Shown one piece after another: positions 18,262 through 27,082 of a stretch of DNA of 64,000 nucleotides. Each line of letters opens with the position of its first letter. Position 1 is the stretch's first letter. The DNA lies in contig DWYT01000120.1 in the NCBI GenBank assembly GCA_019118545.1, forward strand, positions 1,568 to 65,567, in the 5' to 3' direction. The stretch comes from Candidatus Mediterraneibacter merdavium (lineage in GTDB: Bacteria; Bacillota; Clostridia; Lachnospirales; Lachnospiraceae). Position numbers and translations under genes: made by a program. The notes beneath the pieces are model-generated. The model was given only the letters and a program-made list of their open reading frames with translations. It did no database searches and was not told the DNA's origin.

Positions 18262-19158
18262 ATATAACTGTTTCACAATCTCCACAAATTTATCCGCTGC
18301 CGGAAGGCTGGGATATCCTGCATCATACACAAGATTGATCGATCTTTTTCCGCCCGTCTCTTCCAGCGGAAACGCCAGAAGCTTTCCTGCTCTGACTTCT
18401 TCTTCCGCCGTCAGGCGCGACAAAATGGATATGCCCACTCCGTTTTCTACAGACCGCTTCACTGTCTCTGGATTTTCCACGACCGCAGCTACGTTAAATT
18501 CCGTGAGGCTGATGCCTCTGCCGGAGAGGATACGCTCCGCTTCCTTTCTTGTCCCGGAGCCTTCTTCTCTCATGATAAAGGGTTCCTTTCCCATCCATCC
18601 GCTGATATCTTCCCCTTGTTCCATATAGCTGAGAAACCGTCCCTCTGCGGGAGTGATTAGTACCAGTTCATCCTGATAAAAGGGAAGGTAGATGCAATTT
18701 CCTCTCTCGATCACTGTCCCAGTAAAACCGATATCCGCCTTGTGGGTGCGGATCATTTCCACTACGCCTGCGCTGTCGGATTCCAGCGCCTTGATCTTTT
18801 CGTCAGGATATTTCTTTAGAAATGCCGCCATGATATCCGGCAGAAGGTACTGCGCGGGAACAGTGGAAGCCGCCACCCGAAGCACACTGCCGCCGCCCGT
18901 GCCGCTTAAACCGAACCGTTCCCTGATCTTGCGCTCCAGCTCCAGTATCTGTTCCGCGTAGGCGTAGAGCTCCTTACCTGACTCTGATAAGGCGACGCCC
19001 TTTGTGTTCCTCACCAGAAGGCAGGTATTGAGTTCCTTTTCCAGAGACGCGATATGTGCGCTTACCGTAGGCTGGGTCAGATAGAGCTGCTTCGCTGTAA
19101 GAGAGAAGCTCTTCGTCTCCGCCACACGCACAAATGCCTCAAGCTGTTTCAGATTCAT
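18256..19158 (-). CDS. Selenium metabolism-associated LysR family regulator
   Basis: MNLKQLEAF...SFSLTAKQLYLTQPTVSAHI HTH; REEGSGTR; lies inside the selD cluster. Confidence 0.9.
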   Translation of the reverse strand: MNLKQLEAFVRVAETKSFSLTAKQLYLTQPTVSAHIASLEKELNTCLLVRNTKGVALSESGKELYAYAEQILELERKIRERFGLSGTGGGSVLRVAASTVPAQYLLPDIMAAFLKKYPDEKIKALESDSAGVVEMIRTHKADIGFTGTVIERGNCIYLPFYQDELVLITPAEGRFLSYMEQGEDISGWMGKEPFIMREEGSGTRKEAERILSGRGISLTEFNVAAVVENPETVKRSVENGVGISILSRLTAEEEVRAGKLLAFPLEETGGKRSINLVYDAGYPSLPAADKFVEIVKQLYL

Positions 19159-19218
19159 CCGTTCCTTTCCTTTCTGCCGGGGATATCCCCTGAAATATAT
19201 CAATCTTTCCGAAAAAAC

Positions 19219-20268
19219 TTATTCCTTAAGCATGATGCGCCCGTCGCACCCGCTCTTTATCACCCGTCCGACAACAGAAGCCTTTGTCCCTGTCCCGAAC
19301 CGCGCAAGCTCTTCTAAGATCGCTTTCGCTTCATTCTCAGGGACAGCCAGAAGAAGACCGCCTGAGGTCTGCGGATCGCACAGAAGATCCAACCACATTT
19401 CATCCAGTCCTTCTTCCGCCTCAAGAATTTCCGAGACGTGCTTCCTGTTGCGGTATGCCCCGCCGGGTATAAGTCCCATACGCGCGTATTCCTTTGCATC
19501 CTCTATATAGCTAATATTCCCGGCTGTGATCTCGATCACGGCGCCGCTCGCGGACGCCATCTCCGAGCAGTGTCCCAGAAGTCCGAACCCGGTCACATCT
19601 GTACATGCGTGAACCGTGTGTTTCTGCGCGGTCTCTTTGGCTCTTTTATTCAGCGTTGTCATCACCTGAATCACCTCTTGTTCCGCCTCCGGGGATGCCA
19701 TCTGCGCCTTCACTGCGGTATTTACAATACCCACGCCGAGCTGCTTTGTCAGGATGAGCACATCCCCTTCCACGCATCCGTAATTCTTATAGATCTTATC
19801 CGGATGGACAAAGCCTGTGACGGAGAGGCCGTATTTTGGCACATCATCCTGTATGGAATGTCCGCCCACCAGAACGGCGCCCGCCTCGTGTACCTTGTCC
19901 GCACCGCCCCGCAGGATCTCTCCCAAGATATCCGGGTTCAGTTCTCCGGGAAATTCGACGATATTCAGGGCAATCTTCGGCTCGCCGCCCATGGCGTACA
20001 CATCGCTCAAGGCATTTGCCGCCGCCACCTGTCCGAAGGTATACGGATCGTCCACCACCGGAGTGAAAAAGTCCAGCGTCTGGATGACCGCCACATCGTC
20101 GGATATCCGGTAGACCGCCGCGTCATCCGACGTCTCAAAGCCGACTAAAAGCGAGGGATCGCTGAATTTCGGAAGTCGCTCCAGCACCTTTGAAAGCGTG
20201 TCCGGTCCGATCTTCGCCGCGCATCCCCCGTGCTTCGCAAATTGTGTCAAATGTATTTCACTGTGCAT
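19219..20268 (-). CDS. selD: Selenide, water dikinase (Cys form)
   Basis: GGCAAK, DDAAVY, TLDFFTP, ANALSDVYAMGG, DVTGFGLLGH and DPQTSGGLL. Confidence 0.95.
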   Translation of the reverse strand: MHSEIHLTQFAKHGGCAAKIGPDTLSKVLERLPKFSDPSLLVGFETSDDAAVYRISDDVAVIQTLDFFTPVVDDPYTFGQVAAANALSDVYAMGGEPKIALNIVEFPGELNPDILGEILRGGADKVHEAGAVLVGGHSIQDDVPKYGLSVTGFVHPDKIYKNYGCVEGDVLILTKQLGVGIVNTAVKAQMASPEAEQEVIQVMTTLNKRAKETAQKHTVHACTDVTGFGLLGHCSEMASASGAVIEITAGNISYIEDAKEYARMGLIPGGAYRNRKHVSEILEAEEGLDEMWLDLLCDPQTSGGLLLAVPENEAKAILEELARFGTGTKASVVGRVIKSGCDGRIMLKE

Positions 20269-20316
20269 ATTTCTCCCTCCTGCCGTCATTCGCGGGTGTA
20301 TTCCATTCGTCACCTG

Positions 20317-20973
20317 TTACGGGCGGATCACGTTCATAGCACCCTGCAGTATCTCAACAATACTGTACATGTTGGTCACACCGCCGACAGCCAGCTTGTC
20401 CTTGATTCCATAAAAGTCAAGACATGTCCCGCAGGTTAAGATCTCCACTCCCTGATCTGCCAGCGTCTTTAAGTCCTCCAGACACTCCGAGCCTTCAATC
20501 GTCAGCTTTGCTCCGCCGTTGTAGAAGAGCATCTTATCCGGAAGCTGATCGAGCTGTGTCACCGCGAAAAGAAAGCTCTTCATCAGGATGTGTCCCAGCT
20601 CGTCGCTTCCATCTCCCATGCGGTCAGAACCCACGGATACCACCGTTCCGAGACAGGTTGGGCACGCCTGTACATCCTGCGCGCTTTTTGTGCCCGCTGC
20701 TGCCGTTGTCCCCTTTCCTTCTCTACTGGGCACCGGATTCTTCTGCACTCCTGCTTCTCCCACCGTGATCAGGACACGGTACTCCCTTTCTCCAAGCTGC
20801 TCCTGCTCCGCCTCCGCCCCGGAGTTCTTTGCCATCTTCATGACATTTCTCATGGCTGTCTCATTATCTACAAGAACCTCGATCTGATCCGGGCCTCTCA
20901 GTTCTCCTAAGGCCTTCTTTGTCTTTACGACAGGGATCGGGCAGACATCGCCCATTGCGTTTACTGTGATCAT
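20317..20973 (-). CDS. yedF: Sulfurtransferase-like selenium metabolism protein YedF (TusA + DsrE-like domains)
   Basis: AMGDVCPIPVV, LGHILMKSF, CGTCLDFYG, VGGVTNMY; RBS GGAGG before the ATG at 20973. Confidence 0.88.
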   Translation of the reverse strand: MITVNAMGDVCPIPVVKTKKALGELRGPDQIEVLVDNETAMRNVMKMAKNSGAEAEQEQLGEREYRVLITVGEAGVQKNPVPSREGKGTTAAAGTKSAQDVQACPTCLGTVVSVGSDRMGDGSDELGHILMKSFLFAVTQLDQLPDKMLFYNGGAKLTIEGSECLEDLKTLADQGVEILTCGTCLDFYGIKDKLAVGGVTNMYSIVEILQGAMNVIRP

Positions 20974-21105
20974 ATTTTGTACCTCCGTCTGCTTTTTCCA
21001 TATTATCCAAGGCTTGCATTTCGCCTCTCTGACTTTCATTCTAGCACAGGTGATCGGTGATTGCCAGTTCAGCCATTTCATTCAGGGGCATTTCTTTTGT
21101 AACAA

Positions 21106-21517
21106 AGTACGGAAGTGGAAGAAAGATTTAAAACTCAGTCGGCGGCGGGAGAAAGTTTCGCCGCCGACTGCTTCTTTTACCTCATCGACTGCTTCCTTCA
21201 CTTTGCAAACTGGAAATGATCCTGAATCAAACAGGCTCCGTTTCGAAAACCTTTCGGGGAGGAGGGCAATGTCGGACAGGTGACTTCGTAAGGAAATTAG
21301 GAAAACAAAAAGTTCTGGAGACGTCCTTTAGAGATTTCCATGGAATTGTCTGACCAAAGGGAGTTGTCCATGGAAATCTCTGCTTCTTGGACGGGTACAG
21401 AACTGCTGATTTTCCTTATTTCCTGTAGCGGAACCTGAACGGCATCGCTCTCCTCCCCGAAAAAGTATTCGTAATCACGCTGACTGATTTTAAATCCTTC
21501 TTTTCCACCGTCCTACT
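21106..21517 (+). repeat. About 410-nt rod-like nested inverted-repeat element (structured RNA or MITE-like)
   Basis: 21106-21144 pairs with 21478-21517; 21244-21470 folds as one long interrupted hairpin; G-U pairs favour the plus strand. Confidence 0.7.
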
Positions 21518-21583
21518 CTGTGCTATAATCGTTACAGTTCATACTCCCGCCGGATATGCGGGGTTTACAGAAAGGGATATTTT

Positions 21584-22441
21584 ATGTGGATTGCGGATAA
21601 CTGGAAAGATTATGAAGTGATAGATTGTTCTAATGGGGAGAAGCTGGAGCGATGGGGAGATTATCTTCTCGTGCGCCCCGATCCTCAGGTCATATGGGAC
21701 ACGCCGAAGACGCACACCGGCTGGAAGAAGATGAACGGACATTACCACCGCAGCAAAAAGGGCGGCGGTGAGTGGGAGTTTTTCAGTCTGCCTCAGCAGT
21801 GGCAGATCCAATACGGCTCTCTTACTTTTAACTTAAAGCCGTTCAGCTTCAAGCACACCGGACTCTTCCCGGAACAGGCGGCGAACTGGGACTGGTTTTC
21901 GGAAAAAATACGCAGCGCCGGACGACCGATAAAGGTACTTAACCTCTTCGCCTACACAGGAGGAGCCACCCTTGCCGCAGCCGCGGCGGGAGCGCAGGTA
22001 ACCCATGTGGACGCCTCCAAGGGCATGGTCGGCTGGGCGAAGGAGAACGCGGTATCCTCAGGACTTAAGGATGCGCCCGTCCGCTGGCTTGTGGACGATT
22101 GTGTGAAATTCGTAGAACGGGAGATCCGCAGGGGAAATACCTACGACGCCATCATCATGGACCCGCCGTCCTATGGCAGAGGTCCGAAGGGTGAGATCTG
22201 GAAGATCGAGGACATGATCCACCCTCTTATCAAGCTCTGCACAAAGATTCTCTCAAAAGACGCCCTGTTCTTCCTCGTGAATTCTTATACCACCGGACTG
22301 GCTCCGGCTGTGCTCACATACATGATCGCCACGGAATTAAAGCCGTGGGGCGGGCATGTGGAGTCACAGGAAATCGGACTTCCTGTAAAAGAAAGCGCCC
22401 TTGTGCTTCCCTGCGGGGCATCTGGAAGATGGGAACAGTAG
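21584..22441 (+). CDS. Class I SAM-dependent methyltransferase (RlmI/YwbD-like)
   Basis: HTGLFPEQ, VLNLFAYTGG and IIMDPPSY; extended -10 TGCTATAAT at 21521-21529. Confidence 0.88.
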   Translation: MWIADNWKDYEVIDCSNGEKLERWGDYLLVRPDPQVIWDTPKTHTGWKKMNGHYHRSKKGGGEWEFFSLPQQWQIQYGSLTFNLKPFSFKHTGLFPEQAANWDWFSEKIRSAGRPIKVLNLFAYTGGATLAAAAAGAQVTHVDASKGMVGWAKENAVSSGLKDAPVRWLVDDCVKFVEREIRRGNTYDAIIMDPPSYGRGPKGEIWKIEDMIHPLIKLCTKILSKDALFFLVNSYTTGLAPAVLTYMIATELKPWGGHVESQEIGLPVKESALVLPCGASGRWEQ

Positions 22442-22463
22442 AAATCAGCGAAAATCCCGGCGG

Positions 22464-23096
22464 TCACATTTCTGCGACCGTCGAGATTTCTTTGTCTAAC
22501 TGTTCATAAAACCTTGCTATATGAAGTCCGTCCGCCAACGCATGATGGCACAGTACGGACAGCGGAAGGAACGTTTTTCCCTCCTGTTGGAAATATTTTC
22601 CCCATGTGATCCTCGGATTGCTGTCCGCAGGCATGGGAACCGGCTGGACAAGAGAAGTGTACGATAGCCACGGAAGAGTGGAGATAAATATCATATCCAG
22701 ATTATCCTCCTCGTGGATCGTCGCCTCTTCTTTTGCTTTCTCCTGCTCCCGCACCGCATATGGGATATAATCGGCAAACCCCATATCGCTTTCCAGATTA
22801 CAGTAGCAGTATGTCCCGTCGTCCAACGCCACGGTATGGGAAGTCCTGCAATGGTCGTACTCCACAATCTGTCCGTCCTGTATCCTCTGCCGGAATTCTG
22901 GCACTGCGTTGGCTGCTCTTCCCACACAGTAACAGACCGTCAGGAAGAACGGAAGTCTCTTCTCCTTTATCTTTGAGAGCAGCTCTGTGATATCTACATT
23001 TACCGTCACTCCCACATAAGGGTAGGCAAGACTGCTGAAATATTCAAAATGCTCTTTTCTCTTATACGCATCCATGTTCACATATTTAAAATCCAT
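22464..23096 (-). CDS. Type A chloramphenicol acetyltransferase-like O-acetyltransferase
   Basis: RKEHFEYF, ISTLPW, PRITWGKY and catalytic HHALADGLH. Confidence 0.85.
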   Translation of the reverse strand: MDFKYVNMDAYKRKEHFEYFSSLAYPYVGVTVNVDITELLSKIKEKRLPFFLTVCYCVGRAANAVPEFRQRIQDGQIVEYDHCRTSHTVALDDGTYCYCNLESDMGFADYIPYAVREQEKAKEEATIHEEDNLDMIFISTLPWLSYTSLVQPVPMPADSNPRITWGKYFQQEGKTFLPLSVLCHHALADGLHIARFYEQLDKEISTVAEM

Positions 23097-23140
23097 CTCT
23101 TATCCTCACTGTGCCTGTATCTTTCTGTACCTGTATTCTT

Positions 23141-23866
23141 CTATATCTGTATCTTTTCCATGATTTCTCCGATGGGCGCGGCGATGGTAAGCTCTGCCCT
23201 TACTGCCTTTGCCGTCTCGGATTTGTTGATGACTACGAGATGTTTGCCGCTGAAATAATCGATAAACCCTGCCGCCGGATAGACCACAAGCGATGTGCCG
23301 CCGATAATGAGAGTATCCGCCTCTGCGATCGCCTGCACGGCTCCCCGGATAACGGACTGATCTAGGCCTTCCTCATAGAGAACCACATCCGGCTTGATCA
23401 TTCCGCCGCACTCACATCTTGGAACACCCGCGCTCTCTTTCACATACTGCGCGTCATAGAACTTCCCGCACTTCATACAGTAATTCCTGTGGATGCTCCC
23501 GTGGAGTTCATACACTCTCCTGCTCCCCGCCGCCTGATGAAGTCCGTCAATATTCTGCGTCACTACCGCCAAAAGCTTTCCCGCCGTCTCCAGCTCCGCC
23601 AGTTTTCTGTGGGCGGAATTCGGTTTTGCGTCCAACGCCATCATCTTGTCCTTGTAGAACTCATAAAATGCTTCCGGATACTGCAGGAAAAAGCTGCGGC
23701 TTACTACCTGCTCCGGTGAATATTTATACTGTTGGTGATAGATGCCGTCCGCGCTCCGAAAATCCGGGATACCACTCTCTGTGGACACGCCCGCCCCGCC
23801 GAAAAATACAATCCTGCTACTGTCATCAATAATGCTTTGAAGCTGTTCTGATTCTCTCTCATACAT
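23141..23866 (-). CDS. cobB: NAD-dependent protein deacylase (Sir2/CobB family)
   Basis: GGAGVSTESGIPDFR, TQNIDGLH, HGS, two CxxC-type Zn motifs, KPDVVLY, GTSLVVYPAA. Confidence 0.92.
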   Translation of the reverse strand: MYERESEQLQSIIDDSSRIVFFGGAGVSTESGIPDFRSADGIYHQQYKYSPEQVVSRSFFLQYPEAFYEFYKDKMMALDAKPNSAHRKLAELETAGKLLAVVTQNIDGLHQAAGSRRVYELHGSIHRNYCMKCGKFYDAQYVKESAGVPRCECGGMIKPDVVLYEEGLDQSVIRGAVQAIAEADTLIIGGTSLVVYPAAGFIDYFSGKHLVVINKSETAKAVRAELTIAAPIGEIMEKIQI

Positions 23867-23942
23867 AGAAATGCCCTCTTTCCTCAATTCTGAATCTTCA
23901 ATCTCCTAATCTGGGCCCTTTACATTCGCAATCTCTGGGTCT

Positions 23943-24587
23943 TCAATTTCCAAGCAATGTTCCCTTCTCAATATGCTTGTCCATGACCTCCAGCATCTTC
24001 TCCCACACGATCCGGGATGTCTCGGGGAGACGTTCGTTCCGTCTGCACACCTGAGACTTGCGCACCCCGTGTTCCTCCCAGCTCTTCCCTTGTGACGCGT
24101 CGTTCAGGAGAAATGGCTGGAAGTTGTCGAGCAGATGGGCAAACTTCGCGTCCGCGCTCTGATACTCCTCGAACTCATCCCAAAGCTCACGGAAATATCT
24201 GCCCTGATCCTCCGGGAGCAGACCGAAGATACGGTCTGCCGCCTTTAACTCTCGTTCCCTCTTTGTCTTAGCGCCTGCATCGTCATAGGCATAGGTGTCT
24301 CCCGCGTCGATCTCTACCAGATCGTGGATCAGCACCATTGTCATCACCCTCGCCACGTCGACCGCTTCTTTCATATGCTCCTTTAAAAGCACCGCCATGA
24401 CAGCTAGATGCCAAGAATGTTCCGCATCATTCTCCTTACGTTTTCCGTCCGCGAGGTAAGTCTGTCGGAAGATGTTCTTGACCTTGTCAATCTCCACAAT
24501 AAAACGTATCTGCTGTTCCAGTCTTTCCCGCTCTTCTCCCTTTTCTCCCTGCGTTTTAGTCCCTGTCTTTTCCTCCATCTCGATCAT
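23943..24587 (-). CDS. HD domain phosphohydrolase
   Basis: ENDAEHSWH and IHDLVEIDAGD. Confidence 0.88.
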   Translation of the reverse strand: MIEMEEKTGTKTQGEKGEERERLEQQIRFIVEIDKVKNIFRQTYLADGKRKENDAEHSWHLAVMAVLLKEHMKEAVDVARVMTMVLIHDLVEIDAGDTYAYDDAGAKTKRERELKAADRIFGLLPEDQGRYFRELWDEFEEYQSADAKFAHLLDNFQPFLLNDASQGKSWEEHGVRKSQVCRRNERLPETSRIVWEKMLEVMDKHIEKGTLLGN

Positions 24588-24634
24588 CTCCGTTTCTTAT
24601 CATTTTATCTGCTTTTTATTGTAGCACGACACAG

Positions 24635-24707
24635 AAAAAAATCCAGAAAAATCCCCTGCACGGAAGTTTGTCTGCGGACTTTTCCGATGCAGGGGAGAAT
24701 TTTCCTG
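24635..24707 (-). terminator. Intrinsic terminator after the Lys/Ala-rich gene
   Basis: TCCCCTGCA...TGCAGGGGA stem with a U-tract on the minus strand. Confidence 0.65.
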
Positions 24708-24723
24708 TATATAATTTTTGTGC

Positions 24724-25326
24724 TTACAGCACTACCTTGCCACTCTCTTCGCCGTTTACAACATAGTAAGCAGCAGACTCTTCCGGTTTGAGGTAAAGCT
24801 GGACATCTTTGATGTCATCTACATTCTTTCCAAGGTCATATGTCCAGATATCTTTTACCTTCTGGATGATCTCTTCCTGAGAATACTCCTTACCCGCAAA
24901 CTGCAGGAACATCTCTGTCTTGATCCCGGCTTTCTTTGCCGCTGTCTTCGTTGTTGCCGTCTTCTTTGCTGTTGTCTTTGCTGCCGTTGTCTTTAACGCT
25001 GTTTTCTTCGCAGTTGTCTTTGACGCTGTCGTCTTCTTTGCAGTTGTTGCTTTCTTCTCTTCTGCTGCCGGTGTATCTACTAAAACGCCTGCCTTTGTCT
25101 CAAGCTTCTTTGTTGTATCTTTCTTAGTCTCAATCGCTTTCGCCGGTTCAGCCTTTACTTCTTTCTCCGGTGTCTTCGCCGGCTCGGCTTTGACTGCCGC
25201 TTTTACTGGTTCAGCTTTGGCTGCTGCCTTTACCGGCTCCGCCTTTGCTGCCGCTTTTATCGGCTCAGTTTTTGCCGCTGCCGCTTTCTTCTCTGTTACT
25301 TTTGTTGCTGCCTTCTTCGCTGCCAT
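24724..25326 (-). CDS. Lys/Ala-rich protein with DUF6465-like C-terminal domain
   Basis: AAKAEPVK and TTAKK repeats; C-terminal LYLKPEESAAYYVVN. Confidence 0.8.
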   Translation of the reverse strand: MAAKKAATKVTEKKAAAAKTEPIKAAAKAEPVKAAAKAEPVKAAVKAEPAKTPEKEVKAEPAKAIETKKDTTKKLETKAGVLVDTPAAEEKKATTAKKTTASKTTAKKTALKTTAAKTTAKKTATTKTAAKKAGIKTEMFLQFAGKEYSQEEIIQKVKDIWTYDLGKNVDDIKDVQLYLKPEESAAYYVVNGEESGKVVL

Positions 25327-25489
25327 ACTTGTCTCCTCCTAAAATAATACATCCAAGTATTCTCGGCACTGGAACATCTATGGATGTCAGCACCCTCACA
25401 TATCAACTCAATCCTCAAAGTTCCACAAGGGATTGTACCTCATTTTTCCCAAAAGGTCAAATTTTTTTGTTTCTTTTTTTGCTTTTCTG

Positions 25490-25954
25490 CTACGCACTCT
25501 TGTCTTTTTGCATTTTATCTTTATAACCTCTGAAAAAATCTGACAATCCATCCAGTGTTTTCAAAAGGATCGGAATTTCTGTTTCGTCTAAGTTCTGGAT
25601 CACTGAATCCGTCATTCTGCGATGATATTCCTGATGGTGTTCGTATGCTTTTATGCCTTTTTTTGTAAGAGCCAGAAATACAACTCTTCGGTCGCGCTCG
25701 CTGCGGTGTCTTATCACATATTTTTTATTCACAAGGGCATTCACCGCCGTGGTCAGAGAACCGGCAGTGATTCCTATTTTCTTTGCAACCAGAGACATAG
25801 TATTCTCTCCCGAGAGCCCGACTGCCTCAATGATGTGCATATCATTGTTAGTAATATCTCTGAACTCCTCAGTGATGATCGCTTCTTCTTCCAGTTTCCA
25901 TATCTCATTGAAAAGGTTTACTAAAATATCGTTAATCGTTTCTCTTGGATTCAT
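25490..25954 (-). CDS. MarR family regulator (FabT-like)
   Basis: Likely start MNPRETINDILVNLFNEI; ITNNDMHIIEAV, wHTH, DRRVV; last gene of the fab/acc operon. Confidence 0.85.
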   Translation of the reverse strand: MNPRETINDILVNLFNEIWKLEEEAIITEEFRDITNNDMHIIEAVGLSGENTMSLVAKKIGITAGSLTTAVNALVNKKYVIRHRSERDRRVVFLALTKKGIKAYEHHQEYHRRMTDSVIQNLDETEIPILLKTLDGLSDFFRGYKDKMQKDKSA

Positions 25955-26021
25955 CTGCCTTCCTCCTTTCCGCTGCTTTCCGTATTCCCAATGTGCCATA
26001 GTATATGCCTGAGTATTTCCG

Positions 26022-27074
26022 TCAGGCAAAGAGGCTTGCCACTGCCTCTCTGACTGTATCGATCCTCTCTGCTTTCCACGCCCCGGCACCACAGAAAATC
26101 AGTCCTTTCTCTATGTTTCCCCTGACCGCTTCAATTAATCCGTCTGTGATGCAATATGGGATCTCGGCGGGATTGCATTTTGCAAGACATCTGTGGCACG
26201 GACTGTGGAGAACCTTCTCCCCGTCCGCCACACGTTTCATCAGAGGATTCATAATCGCCCTTCCCGGCATGCCCACCGGACTTTTCACAATGGCGATGTC
26301 TTCCTTCGAAGCATGAATATATGCTTCCTTGTAACGGATATCCGCGTCACATTCCTCGGTAGTAACAAAACGGGTCGCCACCTGAACGCCGTCAGCGCCC
26401 AACCCAAGCACATGTTTTACATCGTCGCTGTCATAGATGCCGCCTGCAACGACTACAGGGATCTCTCTGCCATACTTTTCTGCATAGTCCTTCACAGTAC
26501 GTATGATCCTCGTGATCTCTTCGTCATAAGCCTCTTCCGTAAACTCTGCGAGCTCCTCCTTCTTAAACCCAAGATGTCCGCCCGCCTTGGGGCCCTCGAT
26601 CACTACCAAATCTGCTGTCCGTTTATATTTTCTGTCCCAATATTTCAGGATCACATTGGCTGATTTGTCCGTGGAGACGATAGGAGCAATCTTCGTGCTG
26701 CTCCCCTCTGTCAGCGCCGGAAGCTCTGTGGGAAGTCCCGCGCCGGAAATGATAATATCCGCGCCCGCCTTCACCGCTGCTTTTACATGTGCCGCATATT
26801 CCTTTAACGCTGTCATGATGTTATATCCGATGATACCGCCCGGAGAGATACTTCTCGCTTTTTTCATCTCACTCTCAATGGCCCTTAAGTTTGCCGCAGC
26901 CGGATCTTTGTCAAAGTCTTCTTCCCTGTATCCGATCTGGGCAGTGGAGATAATACCGATGCCGCCCTCCCGCGCCACTGTCCCCGCAAGTCTGCCGAGA
27001 CTGATCCCTACTCCCATTCCGCCCTGAATCAGGGGGAACCGGGTAAGCTTTTCACCTATTTTAAGATTTTTCAT
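26022..27074 (-). CDS. Nitronate monooxygenase family flavoprotein, FabX-like
   Basis: QGGMGVGIS, EGPKAGGHLG, SPVGMPGRAI and Cys cluster CHRCLAKC-x7-C. Confidence 0.8.
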   Translation of the reverse strand: MKNLKIGEKLTRFPLIQGGMGVGISLGRLAGTVAREGGIGIISTAQIGYREEDFDKDPAAANLRAIESEMKKARSISPGGIIGYNIMTALKEYAAHVKAAVKAGADIIISGAGLPTELPALTEGSSTKIAPIVSTDKSANVILKYWDRKYKRTADLVVIEGPKAGGHLGFKKEELAEFTEEAYDEEITRIIRTVKDYAEKYGREIPVVVAGGIYDSDDVKHVLGLGADGVQVATRFVTTEECDADIRYKEAYIHASKEDIAIVKSPVGMPGRAIMNPLMKRVADGEKVLHSPCHRCLAKCNPAEIPYCITDGLIEAVRGNIEKGLIFCGAGAWKAERIDTVREAVASLFA

Positions 27075-27082
27075 GTCTGTCC

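Noticed and set aside
19219-20313. Selenocysteine (UGA) recoding in selD or its neighbours
   Set aside because: The selD active-site codon is TGC, and the cluster ORFs are full length without an internal TGA
23141-24587. Sir2 + HD pair as an anti-phage system
   Set aside because: The Sir2 is a canonical Zn-binding CobB-type deacylase in a housekeeping context
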